Origin: Flavobacteriaceae bacterium
Lineage (GTDB): Bacteria > Bacteroidota > Bacteroidia > UKL13-3
Length of the DNA: 64,000 nucleotides
NCBI GenBank assembly: GCA_009693575.1
Contig: SHWZ01000006.1
Coordinates: 6,523-70,522 of the forward strand
Direction of reading: 5' to 3'
Under the pieces are notes generated by a model. That model saw nothing but the letters and a program-made list of their open reading frames with translations, had not been told where the DNA came from and did no database searches. This document shows positions 59,480 through 64,000 of this stretch, piece after piece (the stretch's first letter is position 1; each line of letters begins with the position of its first letter). The position numbers and the translations under genes were made by a program.

Positions 59480-60177
59480 TGAATAAAAACATCAACATAC
59501 AAGATTGGGGACTAATTGCCTATAAAGAAGCCTGGGACAAACAGGAAGCCCTGTTTGCCGAAACAGTTTCTATTAAACTGGAGAATCGCAATGAACTACG
59601 AACTAAAAACGATGAAGTAGTAACCAATAACTTCCTTATATTCTGTCAACATCCTCACGTATATACTTTGGGCAAGAGTGGCGACAAGACCAACTTGCTT
59701 ATACCCGATTCCATGATGAAAGAGAAGGACATTTCCTATTTCCCAATCAATAGAGGAGGTGACATTACTTACCACGGGCCTGGGCAGTTAGTGGGGTATC
59801 TCATTTTTGATTTGGATAATTTCTTTACCGATATTCATAAGTTCCTTCGCTACTTGGAGGAAGCAATCATCCTAACTTTGGCCGAATACAATATCAAAGC
59901 AGGAAGAATTGCTGGCCTCACTGGTGTTTGGCTCGACCTGGACCATCCGGCGAAGTCTAGAAAAATATGTGCCATGGGCATTCGTGCAAGTCGCTGGGTT
60001 ACCATGCACGGCTTTGCGTTGAATATAAACACTGATCTGAGCTATTATTCCTACATCAACCCATGTGGAATCACTGATAAAGCTGTGACATCCATGGAGA
60101 AAGAACTTGGCCAAGAAGTGTCAATGGAAGATGTGCAAGAGAAACTTGGCAGCAATTTGTTGAGCTTGTTTCAATAA
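59479..60177 (+). CDS. lipB: Lipoyl(octanoyl) transferase
   Basis: HPHVYTLG, RGGDITYHGPGQLVGY, KICAMGI, HGFALN, PCGI. Confidence 0.96.
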   Translation: MNKNINIQDWGLIAYKEAWDKQEALFAETVSIKLENRNELRTKNDEVVTNNFLIFCQHPHVYTLGKSGDKTNLLIPDSMMKEKDISYFPINRGGDITYHGPGQLVGYLIFDLDNFFTDIHKFLRYLEEAIILTLAEYNIKAGRIAGLTGVWLDLDHPAKSRKICAMGIRASRWVTMHGFALNINTDLSYYSYINPCGITDKAVTSMEKELGQEVSMEDVQEKLGSNLLSLFQ

Positions 60178-60251
60178 GCTATATTACTAGGCATATCAAG
60201 CATTTCCTTTACGGTTTGGCTGGAAACCACTGCTCCCATTACCTTTGCCCC

Positions 60252-60339
<88 letters not shown>

Positions 60340-60344
60340 AAACA

Positions 60345-60373
60345 AAAAAGCCACCCAAATGGGTGGCTTTTTT
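60345..60373. terminator. Bidirectional terminator between tRNA-Ser and ade
   Basis: AAAAAGCCACCC-AAAT-GGGTGGCTTTTT. Confidence 0.9.
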
Positions 60374-60408
60374 GTTTATGTATATCGTCAAAGACAGCAA
60401 CCTCACAA

Positions 60409-62052
60409 TCACCCCCACAAATCCACGAACTCAAATTTCTCTCCATCAAACAATCCCTTGTCGCTAAGCTTTAGGCTGGGTATCACCAGCAGGGCCATAA
60501 AGCTGAGGGTCATAAACGGTGCATGCAAGTGGCTACCTAAAACCTGACGGGCATAGGTATCAATGGCGGTGTAGTTTTTTGCCACTTCTTCTGCTGCACG
60601 ATTGCTCATTATTCCGGCAATAGGCAGTGGCAGCAACATTTCTTCGCTGCCACACACTGCTGCAATTCCACCTTTGGATTCAATCACCAAATTGACAGCA
60701 CGGCATAGTTCCTCATCAGTGCATCCTACTGCGATGATATTGTGGCAGTCATGCCCTACAGAAGAAGCAATGGCACCCCGCCTCAATCCAAAACCTTTGA
60801 TAAAAGCGAGGGCAGGTTTGGCAGCATGGTAGCGGTTCACCACGGTTAGTTTCAACAGATCATTGGCAATGTCGCAAATAGCGGAACCTTTATCTATCAA
60901 GGCTGGTTGTAGAATTTGCTTGGTTACCAGCTGTCCATCTTCGGCCTCAATGGTTCTTACTTTTCTGGCTCCATTTATTGAGTCTTCATACACCAATTCA
61001 ATAGCAAAATCAGCAACCTTTTTTGGGCTACAATTAAAATTATTGATTGGCAAGATTGGAGAGGAGATAATAAAATTTTCGCCTTCCTTGGCTACCAATT
61101 GTCCATTGATGTATACTTCTAAAACCTGAAAACTGACCAAGTCTTTTATCACGATAAAATCAGCTTGGTCACCCACTTGCAATGCACCCACAGGCAGTTT
61201 GTAATGCTCTATCGGGTTGAGGCAAGCCGCTTGCAGCACATTATACAAATCATGGCCATGAGCTATGGCTCTCACCACCACTCCGTTGATATGTTCGATA
61301 GCCAAACTATCAGGGTGCTTGTCGTCACTGCCAAACATACAATACTCGGGGTGGCTTGACAGCAGTGGATGCAATGCTTCAAAGTTTCGTGCTGCACTTC
61401 CTTCGCGGATAATGATTTTCATGCCTTCCTCAATTTTGTCCAAGGCTTCGGCAAGGCTCACACATTCATGGTCGGTACTAATGCCACGGGCTACATATTC
61501 CGCCATAGCTTGCCCTCGGAGTAAGGGTGCATGCCCATCCACTGGCTTGCTGAGTCGATGTGCGGCAGCAATCTTGGCCAATACTTCCTGTTCGCCATTG
61601 ATGGCACCTGGGTAGTTCATCATTTCGCTTAGATAAAATATTTCCGGATCTTTTAGCAAAGTTCCGACGTCTTTTGCATCCAGTGAAGCTCCCGCTGTTT
61701 CAAAAATTGTGGCGGGCACACAACTAGGAGCCCCAAAGAAAAATTTGAAAGGGGTTTGTTTGCCGTTTTCAATCATGTATTTCACTCCTTCAATCCCACA
61801 CACATTGGCTATCTCATGTGGGTCGCTCACTGTCGCCACAGTTCCGTGAACGACCGCAAGTCTTGCAAATTCAGACGGTACCAGCATACTGCTTTCAATA
61901 TGGATGTGGGCATCAATGAAGCCGGGGATGATGAAGTTGGAGAATGTTCCATCAATAGAGTTTATGGAGGTTATGTGTCCGTCTTCTATAACCACCTCAC
62001 CCGAGAAGATGACTCTTTTTCTTATGTCTACTATATTTCCGTTTATTCGCAT
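60409..62052 (-). CDS. ade: Adenine deaminase
   Basis: PGFIDAHIHIESSM, DPHEIANV, EMMNYPG, DGHAP, TDHEC, REGSAA, PFMTLSF.AL.VIP.LK. Confidence 0.95.
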   Translation of the reverse strand: MRINGNIVDIRKRVIFSGEVVIEDGHITSINSIDGTFSNFIIPGFIDAHIHIESSMLVPSEFARLAVVHGTVATVSDPHEIANVCGIEGVKYMIENGKQTPFKFFFGAPSCVPATIFETAGASLDAKDVGTLLKDPEIFYLSEMMNYPGAINGEQEVLAKIAAAHRLSKPVDGHAPLLRGQAMAEYVARGISTDHECVSLAEALDKIEEGMKIIIREGSAARNFEALHPLLSSHPEYCMFGSDDKHPDSLAIEHINGVVVRAIAHGHDLYNVLQAACLNPIEHYKLPVGALQVGDQADFIVIKDLVSFQVLEVYINGQLVAKEGENFIISSPILPINNFNCSPKKVADFAIELVYEDSINGARKVRTIEAEDGQLVTKQILQPALIDKGSAICDIANDLLKLTVVNRYHAAKPALAFIKGFGLRRGAIASSVGHDCHNIIAVGCTDEELCRAVNLVIESKGGIAAVCGSEEMLLPLPIAGIMSNRAAEEVAKNYTAIDTYARQVLGSHLHAPFMTLSFMALLVIPSLKLSDKGLFDGEKFEFVDLWG

Positions 62053-62101
62053 GGTTGGTATTATTTTGGTTAGCCAAAGGCTCTATATTCGCAACAATTT
62101 T

Positions 62102-62854
62102 ATGGGGATTTTCATTAAAAAGAATACATTGACTTTAGTGGGCATGCTGGCTTGCTGCTTTGCATATGCCCAATCGGTGCAAACTGCCTTTGCAAAATAT
62201 GAAGAAGGCAGGCAGCTGGAAGAAAGGCTTTACCCCAATTTTACGGACGAGGTATTTACCAAAACAACAGCCGCATATGACCAAGCTGGGAAAGAATATT
62301 ATAGTATGTTGCTACTTGGCGAAGAAAACCACATCAGTATGAGTTACCACACCATGCAAGCTTGGCTAGCCGAGGGAGAGCTGCTAGAGGCCATGAACCG
62401 CTACCGTAGTGTATGCGATCTCTATGTGAACACCTTCGACAACCTGCTGCAACCTACCAAATTCAATGAAGAGAAAAATAATGGCGGAGTCAGTAAAAGG
62501 GATTACGATTCTATCTGGACAAAGACCCTTTGGCTACTCTATTTTAATACGGTACAAGCTCACAAGGATATCTATGTGATGAAATATGCCAATATACTCA
62601 AAGTCTACCTGCCACCCAGCGACCCCGGTATGCAAAGTCTGCTTATTCAAATCGTGCAAAGCAGCCTCAGCCTTTCGCTTTCGCTTGAGAGTTTTGCCGG
62701 GCTGGAAGATATTTTCTTTCGCAAAAATCTGAAATGGACCGATGAACAGAAATCAGCAATAAAGCGGGTAGTAGCCACTCTCCGTAGCTTGCCCGACAGC
62801 GAGTGGACAGATACGCAAAAAGGACTGATGTATAAATGGGAGAAGGGAATTTGA
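62102..62854 (+). CDS. Hypothetical exported alpha-helical protein
   Basis: Signal peptide from the ATG at 62102 (MGIFIKKNTLTLVGMLACCFAYAQ); the track extension overlaps ade and is unlikely. Confidence 0.7.
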   Translation: MGIFIKKNTLTLVGMLACCFAYAQSVQTAFAKYEEGRQLEERLYPNFTDEVFTKTTAAYDQAGKEYYSMLLLGEENHISMSYHTMQAWLAEGELLEAMNRYRSVCDLYVNTFDNLLQPTKFNEEKNNGGVSKRDYDSIWTKTLWLLYFNTVQAHKDIYVMKYANILKVYLPPSDPGMQSLLIQIVQSSLSLSLSLESFAGLEDIFFRKNLKWTDEQKSAIKRVVATLRSLPDSEWTDTQKGLMYKWEKGI

Positions 62855-62905
62855 ATATCAATCCTTATTGGTTTTGAACCCTATAAGGATTAACAATAAC
62901 AAACA

Positions 62906-63130
62906 ATGCAAGCCCAAAAGAACAACCCGCTCCACAATATTACCTTGGAGCAAATACTTAACTACATGGTAGAGCAAAAAGGCTGGGAATACCTAGGTTC
63001 GCAAGTCAATATCAATTGCTTTCAGAGCAACCCAAGCATCAAATCAAGCCTTACGTTTCTGCGAAAAACACCTTGGGCCAGAACTAAAGTAGAGAGCCTT
63101 TACCTATATCTGAAAAGGAAAGAGAAATAA
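62906..63130 (+). CDS. VF530-family (DUF2132) putative DNA-binding protein
   Basis: NPLH.ITLE.IL, GWE.LG..V.INCF...[21 protein letters not shown]. Confidence 0.92.
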   Translation: MQAQKNNPLHNITLEQILNYMVEQKGWEYLGSQVNINCFQSNPSIKSSLTFLRKTPWARTKVESLYLYLKRKEK

Positions 63131-63159
63131 AAAAAGCCACCATTTCTGGAGGCCTTTTT
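63130..63159. terminator. Bidirectional terminator
   Basis: A-run GCCACCA-TTTC-TGGAGGC T-run between convergent genes. Confidence 0.7.
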
Positions 63160-63201
63160 CGTTAGGTGTTTGTTCTTTGGTTCGGCGTTATCGCCAACCA
63201 A

Positions 63202-63645
63202 TTATTCCGCTACCACTTCCACGTTTATCACCACATGAACCTCTTTGGTAAGGTTGATGGTGACAGTGTGGCTACCAAGTGACTTCACGTCTCCGTCAAG
63301 CACTATTTTGCGGCGGTCTATTTCGTAGCCTTTCAGCTTCAAAGCCTGCGATATCTGCAATGAGGTTACCGAACCGAAAATCTTGCCATTGGCACCAGCT
63401 TTGGCACCTATGGTCAGGCTTAGGTCAGTCATTGTCTCTGCTACTTGAGCAGCGTTGGCTTTTATCTTCTCTTGCTTGAACTGAGCCTGTTTTAGGTCTT
63501 CCTTCAAGTCTTTCATGCGGGTAGCGGTGGCCAATACAGCCATGCCACGAGGGATGAGGTAATTATTGGCGTAGCCATTTTTCACTTTCACCACGTCGTC
63601 TTTGTACCCCAGCGATTTTACGTCGTGTCTCAGGATAATTTCCAT
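63202..63645 (-). CDS. rplI: 50S ribosomal protein bL9
   Basis: MEIILRHDV..LG...DVVKVKNGYANNYLIP, GKIFGSVT. Confidence 0.98.
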   Translation of the reverse strand: MEIILRHDVKSLGYKDDVVKVKNGYANNYLIPRGMAVLATATRMKDLKEDLKQAQFKQEKIKANAAQVAETMTDLSLTIGAKAGANGKIFGSVTSLQISQALKLKGYEIDRRKIVLDGDVKSLGSHTVTINLTKEVHVVINVEVVAE

Positions 63646-63683
63646 GTCTTGTTTCTTCTTGTTTGGTTAATAGTTAAAAAATG

Positions 63684-63974
63684 TTACGCAGGTACTTTCA
63701 TTCCGTCGGCCACATAAGGTAGCAATGAAATGTGGCGGGCACGTTTTACGGCTTGGCCTATTTTGCGTTGAAACTTGAGTGAAGTGCCTGTGATGCGGCG
63801 TGGGAGTAGTTTCCCTTGGTCGTTGATGAATTTCATCAAGAAGTCGGGGTCTTTGTAGTCAATGTATTTGATGCCGTTCTTTTTGAAGCGGCAATACTTC
63901 TTTTTCAGCGGCTCGGCCTGCTGATTGTTGAAGGCAAACTGGTTGCCTCCGCGTGGGTTCGGTTTTGCTGACAT
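63684..63974 (-). CDS. rpsR: 30S ribosomal protein bS18
   Basis: [29 protein letters not shown]...AVKRAR...LLPY. Confidence 0.98.
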   Translation of the reverse strand: MSAKPNPRGGNQFAFNNQQAEPLKKKYCRFKKNGIKYIDYKDPDFLMKFINDQGKLLPRRITGTSLKFQRKIGQAVKRARHISLLPYVADGMKVPA

Positions 63975-64000
63975 GTTCGTTTAGGCGTTTACGGGTTCTG

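Overview
A 64-kb chromosomal segment from a gliding-type Bacteroidota organism. Evidence for the assignment: several T9SS cargo proteins, gldH, TAnnTTTG promoters, bshA, and a Ccm cluster whose CcmE carries CxxxY. Most of the window is housekeeping and envelope genes: ccmCDEF, trpS-hisS-yhhQ-nucleoside phosphorylase, ftsX-DUF3098-uppP-truB, nupC, mazG, dipeptidyl peptidase, rplU-rpmA, pruA, a DEAD-box helicase, tandem M23 peptidases, bcp, PstS-like/TPR, lipB, tRNA-Ser, ade and rpsR-rplI, plus four large secreted proteins. I found no transposase, integrase, phage gene, CRISPR array or recognisable defence system. The unusual signal is below gene scale. (1) Degenerate 7-mer and 8-mer tandem-repeat tracts occur between genes and also in-frame inside genes: four tracts in hisS, two of which bracket an AT-rich insertion-domain segment, one in lipB, and the leaders of both M23 genes. 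(2) A compact structured ncRNA candidate lies downstream of rpmA. (3) Many REP-like palindromes of different types are present. (4) Several small genes are decaying. All calls come from reading the sequence and from recalled family motifs; no searches were run, and GC values are hand counts on short windows.
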